Shown: positions 1 through 9,342, counted from the stretch's first letter. The stretch: 27,895 bases of DNA from Verrucomicrobiia bacterium (GCA_036501665.1 DASXZW010000024.1:1-27895), one strand, 5' to 3'. The notes: generated by a model not told the origin, from the sequence alone. A program made the numbers and translations.

Positions 1-70
1 CTCGCCGCACGGCGGTGACGCGCAGATGTTCCAATGTCTTGTGATCTAATGTCCGCCCGTCAATTTTCAT
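1..70 (-). CDS. N-terminal 23 codons of a gene running out of the left edge; possibly a small HTH / IS630-type ORF
   Basis: The reverse complement of 1..70 reads ATG AAA ATT GAC ... = MKIDGRTLDHKTLEHLRVTAVRR, with no stop before the window edge. It resembles N-termini of HTH/transposase ORFs from memory. It is too short to verify and has no clear SD. Confidence 0.25.
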   Translation of the reverse strand, partial: MKIDGRTLDHKTLEHLRVTAVRR

Positions 71-218
71 GGACGGCATCTTATAGCGGACCCTCACCCC
101 TTGTCTAGCAAAATGTAGCCTATCCTAAAGCCCTGGCAGTAAGGCCACAAATAGCTACAAGTCGTCACTATTGGCGAATTGCGTCGCTTGGCTGAGAAAA
201 ACGGCAGGCCAAGTAACA

Positions 219-351
219 ATCGGACGATTCTGAAAAAACATCGGACGATTCGCCTGGGTCTCATCTCGGTTGCTGGGCCGGGTGTTTTTTGAATTCCGGT
301 GTGAGCCAACTTGACGATTACTAAAATTCGCCTGACGATTGGTTGACGATT
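219..351 (+). repeat. Five direct copies of a GACGATT core (iteron-like protein-binding array)
   Basis: ATCGGACGATTC occurs at 219..230 and 240..251. TGACGATT occurs at 312..319, 333..340 and 344..351. Core starts are 223, 244, 313, 334 and 345, giving spacings of 21, 69, 21 and 11 bp (helical phasing). A 7-mer is expected only about 3 times in the whole window on both strands. Confidence 0.75.
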
Positions 352-542
352 TCGGGCAGTTCTCCAAATCCGACAGGATGTGCCAATGTCCGATCCCCTG
401 ATGGCCAATGGTGCCGATGTCCCACCTGCCAACAAGCACGAATGGAGGGCCGCGCGCTTGACCGTCGGACAAACCGTGGCTTCGGTGCTTCTCAAATAGA
501 TGCCTTGTTGCGTACGCTCCGCCCTTTTATTATATGTGACCA

Positions 543-1334
543 ATGGCTGGCCCTTTTGACAAGACGGTCAAGAAGCTCTTTGCGCTTTCGCGTAACCGTT
601 GCGCTTACCCTAAATGCGACACCCCGATTGTTCATCCGTCTGGAACCGTCGTGGGCGAGGTTTGCCATATCAGAGCTCAAAATGCTGGGGGACCGAGATT
701 TGATTCCAAGCAGACAGAAGAGAAGAGGCACTCTTTTGAAAACCTCATCTTGCTTTGCAGCGTGCATCATCGTGTGGTTGACGACCAGTTGGGCACCTAT
801 TCGGTCGAGTTGCTCTCCGACATGAAAGAAATGCACGAGCGCGACGGCGATATTGAGCTTTCGATGGAGGCCGCGCGCATGGCCCAAAAACTAATTGAGC
901 AATCTCAAATAACCATCAACGCAGCGAGCAACGCTCAAGTGATGATGGGTAGCCCTGGCGGAATTCAAGCACATCAGGTTGTAATCAAAACTTCCAAAAA
1001 ACGCGCACCAAATATCCTTCCCACCCAAGGTGCTATTGGACATAACCTTGATAAACGCAACTACACTCTTCACTTGATCGAGCGGTACAACGACTTTCAA
1101 AAGTGGGATTCATCGAAACAGGGCAAAGGCAAATACATCATCATTCACCGGGCGATCAAGACAGAATTTGGGGCCAAATGGGACCTCGTTCCGGAGCCGC
1201 AATTTCCAAGGCTTGTAGATTATCTTCAACGCAGAATCCTCAATTCCAAACTTGGGCGCATTAAAAACAGCCGCGGGGAAAAATGTTTCAGCACTTGGGA
1301 AGAGTGGTTGCAAAGGAATCACGGCTGCGAGTGA
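543..1334 (+). CDS. HNH endonuclease domain protein (N-terminal HNH, C-terminal unknown domain)
   Basis: 263-aa ORF. It has an N-terminal CxxC (CAYPKC) and an HNH-type core: VCHIRAQ...FENLILLCSVHHRVVD. Confidence 0.8.
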   Translation: MAGPFDKTVKKLFALSRNRCAYPKCDTPIVHPSGTVVGEVCHIRAQNAGGPRFDSKQTEEKRHSFENLILLCSVHHRVVDDQLGTYSVELLSDMKEMHERDGDIELSMEAARMAQKLIEQSQITINAASNAQVMMGSPGGIQAHQVVIKTSKKRAPNILPTQGAIGHNLDKRNYTLHLIERYNDFQKWDSSKQGKGKYIIIHRAIKTEFGAKWDLVPEPQFPRLVDYLQRRILNSKLGRIKNSRGEKCFSTWEEWLQRNHGCE

Positions 1335-1461
1335 GCTCTATGACGACTTGGCCGGTTAGGACGTGCAACGCGGAAACATTTGTAGTGGCCGGGCGCAAGT
1401 CATTCCTGTTGACCGACAAAAAAAGTGTCCCGCGCATTTGAGTGGATGCTCCGGTCACTTC

Positions 1462-1770
1462 TTAAGTACGCATTCCCGCAGTGGTGAGTTCGCTTTCGCC
1501 CTTCCGATGGTTTCTAAACTTCCAATGCTCACTGATGGCATCACACGCCTTTGCCAGCCATTTGACGTCCCTGCGGAATTCCTCCAGGTTTATGGCCGCG
1601 AAGAATTTGGGAGCGTTTTGGGCCGGATGACCGAGGGGCTTTAACATCCCCTCTGCCACAAGAATAGGAATTTCGTGCGGTGAGAAACCAAGATACCAGG
1701 CTGCCTGTTCAGCATTCAACCGAGCCGGGGGCGTCTTCAAATTCAGGAACTGCTCTTTGTCGGTGTTCAT
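1462..1770 (-). CDS. Small helix-turn-helix DNA-binding protein (excisionase/MerR-like HTH)
   Basis: 102-aa ORF. The LNAEQAAWYLGFSPHEIPILVAEGMLKP segment is typical of AlpA/excisionase-type HTHs. A GGAG sits upstream of the ATG on the minus strand. It is co-directional with the relaxase operon. Confidence 0.65.
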   Translation of the reverse strand: MNTDKEQFLNLKTPPARLNAEQAAWYLGFSPHEIPILVAEGMLKPLGHPAQNAPKFFAAINLEEFRRDVKWLAKACDAISEHWKFRNHRKGESELTTAGMRT

Positions 1771-1780
1771 TGGAAGGCTC

Positions 1781-2443
1781 CTACATGCGTCGCGTAAACC
1801 TGACCCTGTTGTTCTGATTTTCTGTCAGAATTGACATACGAGTGTTGTGGCCGGTTTCGATTTTCTCGGCAACCGCCTCGTTGAATTGGTCTGAGATGGC
1901 TCTGACGACCCGACTCACATCGCGGTCATTTGAATTCTTCCAGATGATCTCCTGAGCACGGGCGACAGCGTCACTGGCCATGAATCGCAACGTGTGGCGG
2001 ACACGTTCGATATAATCCTGCACCAGAATAGTCGGATCTTTTCCTTGGGCCTGAACGACGATGGCACCGTGGGCCTTGGCATACAATGATTGGGGGAGGA
2101 ATCGCTGCACAATTGCGTAGCCCTTCCCGTCGCCGTCCTCGTGGCTGCAAAGCAGAATCGAACCCAACTCCAATTTCAGGATTTGATTCACGACCTTCCA
2201 CGAAGCGGGGGGCTTCGGGGTTGTCAAAACGGATTCCGCGCCGTTGCGGGAGGCCGTTATACCACTGGCGCTTTCGCACAACTCAGCGACCCGATCCAAT
2301 TGGTGACTGAAATCGCTCAGTTCCAGCAATTGCTTTTTGACGGCGCTGAGGGCTTCCAGGTAGAGATTGTGTTCGCTCTCCGTCAGTCTGCCTGCAAAGC
2401 CAGGAACGCAGTAGCGGCAAAGTTCGCCGGATCGTTTCAACAT
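1781..2443 (-). CDS. Hypothetical protein (220 aa), member of the relaxase-side operon
   Basis: Long ORF with a strong SD: the reverse complement shows GAAGGAGG 5 nt before the ATG at 2443. No motif recognised. Confidence 0.65.
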   Translation of the reverse strand: MLKRSGELCRYCVPGFAGRLTESEHNLYLEALSAVKKQLLELSDFSHQLDRVAELCESASGITASRNGAESVLTTPKPPASWKVVNQILKLELGSILLCSHEDGDGKGYAIVQRFLPQSLYAKAHGAIVVQAQGKDPTILVQDYIERVRHTLRFMASDAVARAQEIIWKNSNDRDVSRVVRAISDQFNEAVAEKIETGHNTRMSILTENQNNRVRFTRRM

Positions 2444-2457
2444 AATGCCTCCTTCAG

Positions 2458-2676
2458 TTACGATTTCTCGGTTGACCGCTTCAACAGCCTTTCCATTTCC
2501 GATTTCGGCAGAAAAAGTCTGCCGCCCGAAGATCGTCCGGGATTAGCATCGCCTTGTTGAATCAGCGCATAGAGGCTGAACGCATCAATGCCCAATCGCG
2601 CCGCCGCGTCCGGGATTGAAGGGCCATCATCTTCCCGCTCAGGGGAACGAATCGTTTCGTCTTGATTCTCATTCAT
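2458..2676 (-). CDS. Small HTH DNA-binding protein (72 aa)
   Basis: An internal start MNENQDET... at 2676 is preceded by GGAG. IPDAAARLGIDAFSLYALIQQG is HTH-like. The longer 2937 start gives an implausible low-complexity N-terminus that overlaps the next gene. Confidence 0.6.
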   Translation of the reverse strand: MNENQDETIRSPEREDDGPSIPDAAARLGIDAFSLYALIQQGDANPGRSSGGRLFLPKSEMERLLKRSTEKS

Positions 2677-3049
2677 GGTTGGACTCCTTTTGTTTTGGTT
2701 CGCGAATCTCGATTGCCTCGATAAAGCCTTCGCTCTTTGGGAATGTTCGCTGCGCCGATGGGAGAAGTCTGATTCGGTCAACGGCGAGTCGTCCCAACGA
2801 GCTGCATAAGGGTTCCAGGCTCTTGCCGGTGACGATGATAAGACAATCTTGAAATCGAATATGGAGGGACTCGTCACCAGAAATCCTGATAAGTTTGGCG
2901 TGTTGGAAATAGCCGTATGGGAACAGGTGAATTTCACCCGGCTTTTCCACGCGCAGGCAATGGGCGCTGGAATCCGTGCTCCAGCAGTTCAAATCCTTTG
3001 TCCGCGAGCTTGTTGGTGCTTCACTCTCTGATCGAGGTTTTGTTTCCAT
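2669..3049 (-). CDS. Hypothetical protein (126 aa) between the relaxase and the HTH gene
   Basis: ORF with an 8-nt overlap onto the downstream HTH gene start, which fits translational coupling. The start is uncertain because the ATG at 3049 overlaps the relaxase 3' end by 61 nt. Confidence 0.45.
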   Translation of the reverse strand: METKPRSESEAPTSSRTKDLNCWSTDSSAHCLRVEKPGEIHLFPYGYFQHAKLIRISGDESLHIRFQDCLIIVTGKSLEPLCSSLGRLAVDRIRLLPSAQRTFPKSEGFIEAIEIREPKQKESNHE

Positions 3050-5808
3050 GCTGTGCTGCTTTCATTTTGTTGCGGTGCCTCCGCTCGACGGGTTTGAATC
3101 AACTTTTGAATGTAGGCTCGAACCGCCGGTGCCAGACCCTGCTTCTTCGGTGCGTCCGGTTCGATGAGTTCAATCGCAAGCTCCCTATTCCCCAAGCGAG
3201 CGACATTCTCCTGCAACCGCGACTTGTCCTGCGTGAAAATCTTGACGCTTCTGGTTCCCCGCGAAATCGTGACGAGCCATTGCTGATTGTTCGTGGCGGC
3301 TTTGACGGATGAATCCGAGAACAAGACGTGTTCGACGGTCTTCCCTTGAGACCCGTACGAAGTGACCGCGTAGCCACGGACGAATTGGCGAAAGTGCGAC
3401 GGTAGGATTCGACCATCTTGAAGATGAATGCGTCCATCCGGGGCAAGACTCTTGATGGAGACCAGTTCGCCATTTACGATCGGCTTGCCATCGCAGGCTT
3501 CCGCGTTAGCCTTGAGCTGAAGTTTGTCTCCCGGTGTCAAGGCCATTTCAACAGGCTGACAAACGGTGAGTCGGTCCAGATGCTTGAATTCGATTTTTCC
3601 AACGTGTTTTTCCGTCCCAACCGTCAGATGGACGGGGGCTGTTTTGAGCAACTTCCCTTGATCTCCCTTCCTGAAATGCCCGGTGTCCCGGTTGAACACA
3701 ATCACCGCGTTCGCTGTATAAAACCGCTCGTCAAGCTTTTGCGCATCGGTTAGGTCAATTCGTTCGTGGGCCTGGACGACCACGTCGTCTTTCGCGATTA
3801 CACCGGCATTTCGCAACCCGATGCGGATTCGTTCATTGATTTCATGGATCTCCGCCCACGTCTGCGACACGACGACAACCGACCTTTTCCGCTTTGCCAG
3901 TTCCACGTAGTCGGCCACCAACTGCTCACGTTGAGCATCCAAAGTTTGGCATTCGACAATCGCGCCAAGCCGATCCAGACGATCAAATGATGCAGCGTAG
4001 TGGCCGGTCTGCGCTTTCCGAATGGCAGCCCGGTACTGTTTGATACGCTTGCGCTCGGACTTCGTTTCGCCAAGTTTGGGGTTCTGCCGTCGAATCTTGG
4101 TCAGCCGTACCGGCTCAAGACCGGAATACTTCTCAATCGCGCGCAAAGCGTCTGACGCCTCGACTGCTCCATGCTGGCGCGTGTCACCCGAAAGAATGAC
4201 GCGCCCTTTATGCTGATGGACGAACGTCAACAAGTCGTGCATCTGCTGTCCGCCAACCTGTCCTGCCTCATCAACAATGACGATTGAGCCGGGAATCATT
4301 TGGCGCTTGGTCAGGAATTCAGAGATGGTTTGGGTTTCGCCGAAACTCGATTTCAAATCCAGGGCTTGCTGGCGTTGAGGCGCAATCACCTGAATAACGT
4401 GGCCAGCGCCCGTCAGGCCAGTGCCGATCTCGCGTAGCGTGTGGCTCTTGCCGGTGCCCGCGCCGCCGCAGAACAGGGTTACGAAGTCCTCAGAGCGAAG
4501 GATTCTTTCCGCCGCCGCCTTCTGATCCGGCATCAAACCAGAGGAGACTTTGTAGTCAGGGTTGAGCGCCGGATGCTTCCATTTGCCGTCCTGCGCCAGG
4601 CAGATGATTTCCCATTCACGATTCAGAATCTCGCGGATGGTAATCTTCCCGGGTGCGTATTCGCTCCGAAGGAATTGACGGCGCTCACTGGCAGTTTTCA
4701 AGTGGTCAATGGTGAACGGTCGGCCCCGCTGACGTTCCAAGGCGGCAGACCAAAGCTCGCTTTCGCGCAGGACGGAATGCCGGTCGAATAGATGATCTTC
4801 CGCCCACTGGATGGCTGCTTCGGCAACAGGAAGCTGGTTTACAGGTGTTTCTGGCCCGGTTTGCCTCACCACCTTGGACAGTGACTGCCGCTCTGCGTGG
4901 GTGACTTGGCCGGCCCAAAGCCGTTCAAGATCGGACAAACGGATGCCTGAGATTTTCCGGCTGCGTTCAGCCTGGGCAATTTGGGCGCGTAATTCCTTGA
5001 GGTTGCCGCCAGCCAGTTCGGGCTTCTCACGCAGCAATTTTTCGATCCGTTCGTCAATTTCGTTGTGCCGTTTCGAGAACCGGGAACAGAGTTCTTTGGC
5101 CACCCCGGCAATTTGAAAATCCCCTCTTGGACGATTCTCAATCTCGTATCCGAACCGGCGAAGATCACGCGCCAGTTCGTGATAATAGACGTTCTCCACA
5201 TATTTCCGCGCCTGCAACATTTCGTAATTGGAGAGCGCCTTCCAACGCTTCTCGACCGCATCGTACGTCGCGTTGAACATGATGCAGTGGGTATGCAAAT
5301 GCGGATCAAGAGCGCGTGACGTCTCGTGGCGAAAGAGCGCACATACCACTTTTCCAGTGAGCCGTTCCGAGATTCTCTGGGCGTGATGGACTCGTGTTCC
5401 GGCAAAACCTTCCAACTCCTTCGCTGCGACCCGAATCGCCCGGTTGTGCGCGTCCATAATTCGGCGGTCCTCAGCGATGAATGTTTGGATGGACACCGAT
5501 TTTGGCGGCGAAAACGTGAAATCGTAAAAAACACGGCGGTTGGCGACCTCTGCCATTTGGTCTTCATCCCATCGAGTTGTTTTCAATCTTTGGGTCAGCG
5601 TACCGTCTCCATCCGGGCGTTCGTTTCGGCAAAGTTTCAGAAATTCCGCCTCCTTGACGACGCCTGCCAATCCCAGCAGTTCAGCGCCGGTTCCAAACCA
5701 CTCGCCAAACACCTGATTCTCTTGGCTGTAGTAGTCGCCGAGTTGCAAATGTTCCTCGAAGTATTTCTCCGCGTTGCTCAAATTGCACTGTGTCTTAATC
5801 GTCAACAC
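2989..5808 (-). CDS. MobF-family conjugative relaxase with C-terminal helicase (TrwC/TraI/TraA type)
   Basis: 939 aa. The N-terminus MLTIKTQCNLSNAEKYFEEHLQLGDYYSQ..EWFGTGAELLGL parallels TrwC, including paired Tyr motifs. His triad: DPHLHTHCIMFN. Helicase Walker A: CGGAGTGKSH. Walker B-like: IVIVDEAG. Confidence 0.95.
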   Translation of the reverse strand: MLTIKTQCNLSNAEKYFEEHLQLGDYYSQENQVFGEWFGTGAELLGLAGVVKEAEFLKLCRNERPDGDGTLTQRLKTTRWDEDQMAEVANRRVFYDFTFSPPKSVSIQTFIAEDRRIMDAHNRAIRVAAKELEGFAGTRVHHAQRISERLTGKVVCALFRHETSRALDPHLHTHCIMFNATYDAVEKRWKALSNYEMLQARKYVENVYYHELARDLRRFGYEIENRPRGDFQIAGVAKELCSRFSKRHNEIDERIEKLLREKPELAGGNLKELRAQIAQAERSRKISGIRLSDLERLWAGQVTHAERQSLSKVVRQTGPETPVNQLPVAEAAIQWAEDHLFDRHSVLRESELWSAALERQRGRPFTIDHLKTASERRQFLRSEYAPGKITIREILNREWEIICLAQDGKWKHPALNPDYKVSSGLMPDQKAAAERILRSEDFVTLFCGGAGTGKSHTLREIGTGLTGAGHVIQVIAPQRQQALDLKSSFGETQTISEFLTKRQMIPGSIVIVDEAGQVGGQQMHDLLTFVHQHKGRVILSGDTRQHGAVEASDALRAIEKYSGLEPVRLTKIRRQNPKLGETKSERKRIKQYRAAIRKAQTGHYAASFDRLDRLGAIVECQTLDAQREQLVADYVELAKRKRSVVVVSQTWAEIHEINERIRIGLRNAGVIAKDDVVVQAHERIDLTDAQKLDERFYTANAVIVFNRDTGHFRKGDQGKLLKTAPVHLTVGTEKHVGKIEFKHLDRLTVCQPVEMALTPGDKLQLKANAEACDGKPIVNGELVSIKSLAPDGRIHLQDGRILPSHFRQFVRGYAVTSYGSQGKTVEHVLFSDSSVKAATNNQQWLVTISRGTRSVKIFTQDKSRLQENVARLGNRELAIELIEPDAPKKQGLAPAVRAYIQKLIQTRRAEAPQQNESSTAWKQNLDQRVKHQQARGQRI

Positions 5809-5840
5809 GCCACATTTTTAGCGCAACAAGTTCGGTCAAG

Positions 5841-5870
5841 TTGTAATGAATTCATTACAATGTGGAGCAG
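5841..5870. other. Candidate oriT core: perfect 20-bp palindrome followed by a nic-like GTGG motif
   Basis: TTGTAATGAATTCATTACAA (5841..5860) is a perfect palindrome. It is followed at once by TGTGGAGC, which loosely resembles the F-type nic context GTGT/GGTGC. It lies in the divergent gap next to the relaxase start. The oriT function is inferred only. Confidence 0.35.
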
Positions 5871-6104
5871 TGAAGTGCGCTTCAATGGGGCGCATGAACG
5901 CGAAGCAAAAGCTTCATTTTTCACGGCACGCCTTACCTCTAACGTTCGTTAGAAATCTGGCTGGACAGCCTTGGGCCGCGAAACGGCTGCGGCTCAGACT
6001 CCCTTCACGCATCGCCGAGAAATCGGCCAGACAAATGTTGGACAACATTTGGACATCGTTGAGACAAGTCCGGGCCGCAGTCCGGCCAGAAGCAAATTGA
6101 TTTT

Positions 6105-6509
6105 ATGGAGTCCGAGCAACCCCAAACGCAATCATTCCGGGAAGCGGCGAAGGAATTCGACCGCACCCCGAAACTTTTCCGGCAGTTGATGAAATACAAA
6201 GACGACATCGCCGCATTGCGGCAGAAGGGCGCTTCCTTCGGCATCATCAGCGAGCTATTGCAAAAGGACAACGTAAGGGTTTCATGGAAAACCGTCTCGC
6301 GTTTCTGCCGTAAGATAATTGGCACCGAGAAACGAAGGAGAAAAAGCACGGACGCAATCCCGCCCTCTGGGCTTGTCGAAACGCGATCAAAAACCGGGGA
6401 CGGCGCGGCGAGCCTGCTTTCGGCGTTGAACGAACAACGGAGCAAGGTGGTCGGCCCTTGGACACCGCGAAAACGAGGCCCGCACATCACCGATTCAAAA
6501 AACCTTTAG
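6105..6509 (+). CDS. Small basic protein, possible relaxosome/mobilization accessory DNA-binding protein
   Basis: 134-aa ORF divergent from the relaxase and directly upstream of the ParA-like gene. It has an HTH-like segment (ASFGIISELLQKDNVRVSWKTVSRFCRK) and a basic tail. Function not established. Confidence 0.5.
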   Translation: MESEQPQTQSFREAAKEFDRTPKLFRQLMKYKDDIAALRQKGASFGIISELLQKDNVRVSWKTVSRFCRKIIGTEKRRRKSTDAIPPSGLVETRSKTGDGAASLLSALNEQRSKVVGPWTPRKRGPHITDSKNL

Positions 6510-6520
6510 AGACAAAATTT

Positions 6521-7267
6521 ATGAAAAAACGAATTGATACAATAATCAACGGCAAGGGAGGCGTGGGCAAGAGCTTCTTCGCCGTGAACTTCGTCCAATA
6601 CCTCAAGGACAAGTCCATTTCCCATGTCGCCATTGACACCGACAACGAGAACTCAACCCTCAAACGCTTCCATCCCGAAGCCGCATTTTTAGACATCGAG
6701 GACACCAAGGAAATTGACTCAATGTTCGCCGCCCTGGACAAAGCCGATTTGGTGGTCGTGGACTGCCGGGCGGCTTCGACGGACATTTTCCTGAACTATT
6801 TCGAGGAATTGCAGATTTTTCGGGTACTCGAAAAGGCAGGGGCTTTAATGACCGTTATTTCCCCGGTGAATCACGAAACGGACGGTTTGGAACAGATTCG
6901 CAACCTGAGCGAGCGATTGAATGACCGCTGCAATTATCTGGTCGTCAAAAATCAGGCGTTGTCAGAACGGTTCGGAAACTACGAGCAGAGCAAAACCCGC
7001 GCCCGCTTGGTGGGGGAACTTGGAGCCAAGGAAATCGTGATGCCGAGGCTTTACGATTGGCTGGTCGCGGACCTGAACAAACAGGATTTGACGATCACGC
7101 CCGCCATGCGGCACGAGTCCTTCACCCTGTTTGACCGGCAGCGCTTGTGCAACTGGCAACGCCAGTTTTACGAAGAACTGGATTCGGCCACGGACATTCT
7201 GCTTCCCCCGGCAAAGAAGATGCGGAAACTCGAGAACGATTCCAAGCCCAGCGATTTGCTTGTATGA
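6521..7267 (+). CDS. ParA/MinD-family P-loop ATPase (conjugative-element type)
   Basis: MKKRIDTIINGKGGVGKSFFAVN carries the deviant Walker A motif. Walker B-like: LVVVDCRA. The start at 6521 was chosen over 6458, which would overlap the upstream gene. Confidence 0.9.
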   Translation: MKKRIDTIINGKGGVGKSFFAVNFVQYLKDKSISHVAIDTDNENSTLKRFHPEAAFLDIEDTKEIDSMFAALDKADLVVVDCRAASTDIFLNYFEELQIFRVLEKAGALMTVISPVNHETDGLEQIRNLSERLNDRCNYLVVKNQALSERFGNYEQSKTRARLVGELGAKEIVMPRLYDWLVADLNKQDLTITPAMRHESFTLFDRQRLCNWQRQFYEELDSATDILLPPAKKMRKLENDSKPSDLLV

Positions 7268-7620
7268 CGGAACCCGCCAATTTTGAAAGCGCTGTCGTCG
7301 AGTGGAAGCATCGGCACCGCATCTGCGATGATGATCCAATTCTGGCCGCGTTGGAGTTATTGAAGGTGTTTTTTCAGAACGTAAAAATCGAGATTCCGCC
7401 CGATTCAGAGTCCGCGAAGCTCCTTGAGGTACGAACCGCCATCCAGCAGTTGAATCGGCTCGGAATAGATTTTTCAAAGCAAACGCGGGATTTGACGCTG
7501 GAGATGCGTACGTTGCCAGACCTCGACAAGCAGTTACGCTCCGGGCGCGCGAGCGCATTTGTTTTCACCGCCCTAGCCTGCCTGGGCGCAGGCATCCTCA
7601 TTGGAAAGTTTCTGTTATGA
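7264..7620 (+). CDS. Small C-terminally membrane-anchored protein (118 aa)
   Basis: ATGA start/stop overlap with the ParA-like gene, and ATGA overlap with the coupling-protein gene. C-terminal hydrophobic helix: AFVFTALACLGAGILIGKFLL. Confidence 0.6.
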   Translation: MTEPANFESAVVEWKHRHRICDDDPILAALELLKVFFQNVKIEIPPDSESAKLLEVRTAIQQLNRLGIDFSKQTRDLTLEMRTLPDLDKQLRSGRASAFVFTALACLGAGILIGKFLL

Positions 7621-9107
7621 ATGCGAATTGGCTTGGTTTTCTCACCGCAGGTCTTTCCCTTTTGGCTGGCGCGTATTCGTTCCTTTACCTCCACCAGCCC
7701 ACAGCATCCCTCATTGCGCTCGTGTTTGTGGGACTCGCCGCCTACGCGATTACGACTTCAGCGGCCAATGACGTCGGCGAAATCATTGTTCGCTTGAAAG
7801 GCTTTGTGTGGACCCGCGAAGATTTCTGTCGCGGCTGGCTTATTACGGGCGACACGGGTTCCGGCAAAACCCGTTCCGGGATCAACCAATTGCTGTTTCA
7901 AGTCTTCACCAACGACCCGAAATGGGGTGGTCTTTGCATTGATGACAAGGGCGTCTATTGGGAAACGCTGGTGGAAATGGCTACGCATTTTCACCGCGAG
8001 CAGGATTTGATTCTCGTCCAGATCAAACCTGACGATCCACCGGATGATTGGAAACCGACGCACACGTTCAACCTCATTTCCGACCCGTCCATCCCCTATT
8101 CCACGTATGCCAAGTTTGTAGTGGACACGGTGACGAGTTTGGGCCAACGGACAGAGCAGTCGTTCTTCAAAAGCCAGGCACAGACCCACATCGCGCTTGG
8201 TTTGGAAGTCCTCTCCCGCACCGGGATGGATGTGACGCTGGAAAACGTCCACGGCTTCCTTTTGGACGAAAACACCATGACCGATACTCTCAAAGACCTC
8301 GCGACGGATTATCCCACGGAGCGCGCGCAAAAGTTGGTGGACCATTTTGAAGATCGATATGCGAAGCAACCCCCCGAACAAATGGGCGGCGTCAAGGAAA
8401 CCATCGCCAACTACCTGCAATTCTTCCTGACGCCTGACATTGCCCAAGTGTTTTGCGCGCACCGCAACACGTTTGAGTTCCACGAAATTGATCGAGGCAA
8501 GATTATTTGTCTCGCCATGCCCCAAAAGTACCAGACTGAACGCCGTTACATAAACACGTTTTTGAAGATGCTTTTTTACAACCATGTTTTGCGAAGATTC
8601 GACCGCCGGAAAGAGGCACGTTCGGACGACAATCTTCTCATTTTATGGGCGGACGAAGCGCAGCGATTTGTGACGGCGAGCGACGAAGGCATGAGCGATT
8701 ACAACTGCATTGATGTCATGCGCGAGGCGCGCGCGACTCTCGTGGCGGCCGCGCAATCATCCACGTCGTTCGTTCCGCCGCTGGGGGAAGAAAAGGCGCA
8801 AGTCCTCACGCTCAATCTTCGCAACAGGATGGTTTTCAAAGCCGCAGACGAGGCCGGCGCGGTCGAAAGCGCCGATTTCCTTGGACAACGGAAAGTTCAA
8901 CAGACAACTCGTGGTTTTTCCGGTGGAATGCCTTCGCGGACATACACCAGCATCGAAGAGCACAAAATCAAACCCTACGAATTGCGCCATTTGAAAAAGC
9001 ACCAGTGCGTTCTCGTGCATTGCGAACGCGGGTTCAAACGAACCATTCTTGCGCCGTTGGAGCCGGATGGAGAGGTTTCCTCATGGTACAAAGGGAATTG
9101 GTTCTGA
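7617..9107 (+). CDS. Type IV secretion coupling protein (VirD4/TraD/TraG family)
   Basis: Two N-terminal hydrophobic helices. Walker A: GDTGSGKTRSG. Walker B: LLILWADEAQRF. It is 496 aa and sits beside the relaxase module. Confidence 0.88.
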   Translation: MNANWLGFLTAGLSLLAGAYSFLYLHQPTASLIALVFVGLAAYAITTSAANDVGEIIVRLKGFVWTREDFCRGWLITGDTGSGKTRSGINQLLFQVFTNDPKWGGLCIDDKGVYWETLVEMATHFHREQDLILVQIKPDDPPDDWKPTHTFNLISDPSIPYSTYAKFVVDTVTSLGQRTEQSFFKSQAQTHIALGLEVLSRTGMDVTLENVHGFLLDENTMTDTLKDLATDYPTERAQKLVDHFEDRYAKQPPEQMGGVKETIANYLQFFLTPDIAQVFCAHRNTFEFHEIDRGKIICLAMPQKYQTERRYINTFLKMLFYNHVLRRFDRRKEARSDDNLLILWADEAQRFVTASDEGMSDYNCIDVMREARATLVAAAQSSTSFVPPLGEEKAQVLTLNLRNRMVFKAADEAGAVESADFLGQRKVQQTTRGFSGGMPSRTYTSIEEHKIKPYELRHLKKHQCVLVHCERGFKRTILAPLEPDGEVSSWYKGNWF

Positions 9108-9342
9108 TTCGAAGCACCCGCCTCAACCGCGCTCCAGCGCAGGCGACAACTCCCTCAACTCGTGACAAGACGTTCTCAATCGTGGTATTTTCGGGCCATA
9201 TTGGACACACACGCATGACCGCAGGCCGAGCAAAAATAGCGCGCATCTGGCGACGGCTAGCCGAGACACTGGATATTGTCGGAATCCAGCGCATCGCTGG
9301 CGCGGAGGCGACGGTCGTTTCCGGTAATGAGGGAGGCCCAAC

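Noticed and set aside
94-543. 149-aa minus-strand ORF, plus the nested 155..472 and 343..825 ORFs, covering the left non-coding region
   Set aside because: The translations are Arg/Cys-rich and low in complexity, with no motif and no SD. They overlay the GACGATT repeat array. The region is better explained as regulatory or non-coding DNA.
1363-1644. 93-aa plus-strand ORF
   Set aside because: It is antisense to the better-supported 102-aa HTH gene (1462..1770), which has an SD and a recognisable HTH. Its own translation has no motif.
2677-2937. N-terminal extension of the small HTH gene to the ATG at 2937 (159-aa version)
   Set aside because: The extension is low-complexity and fully overlaps the 126-aa ORF in another frame. 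The internal ATG at 2676 has a GGAG and gives a typical 72-aa HTH protein.
3099-5952. Many alternative-frame ORFs inside or antisense to the relaxase gene (for example 4866..5567 minus, 5326..5952 plus, 4441..4791 plus)
   Set aside because: All are embedded in the 939-aa relaxase ORF, whose motifs are unambiguous. Their translations are Arg/Ser-rich shadow frames.
6962-7558. 198-aa minus-strand ORF
   Set aside because: It is antisense to the ParA-like gene and the membrane-anchored gene, and it has no motifs.
7758-8585. 275-aa minus-strand ORF
   Set aside because: It is antisense to the coupling-protein gene, which has clear Walker motifs. It is a shadow ORF.
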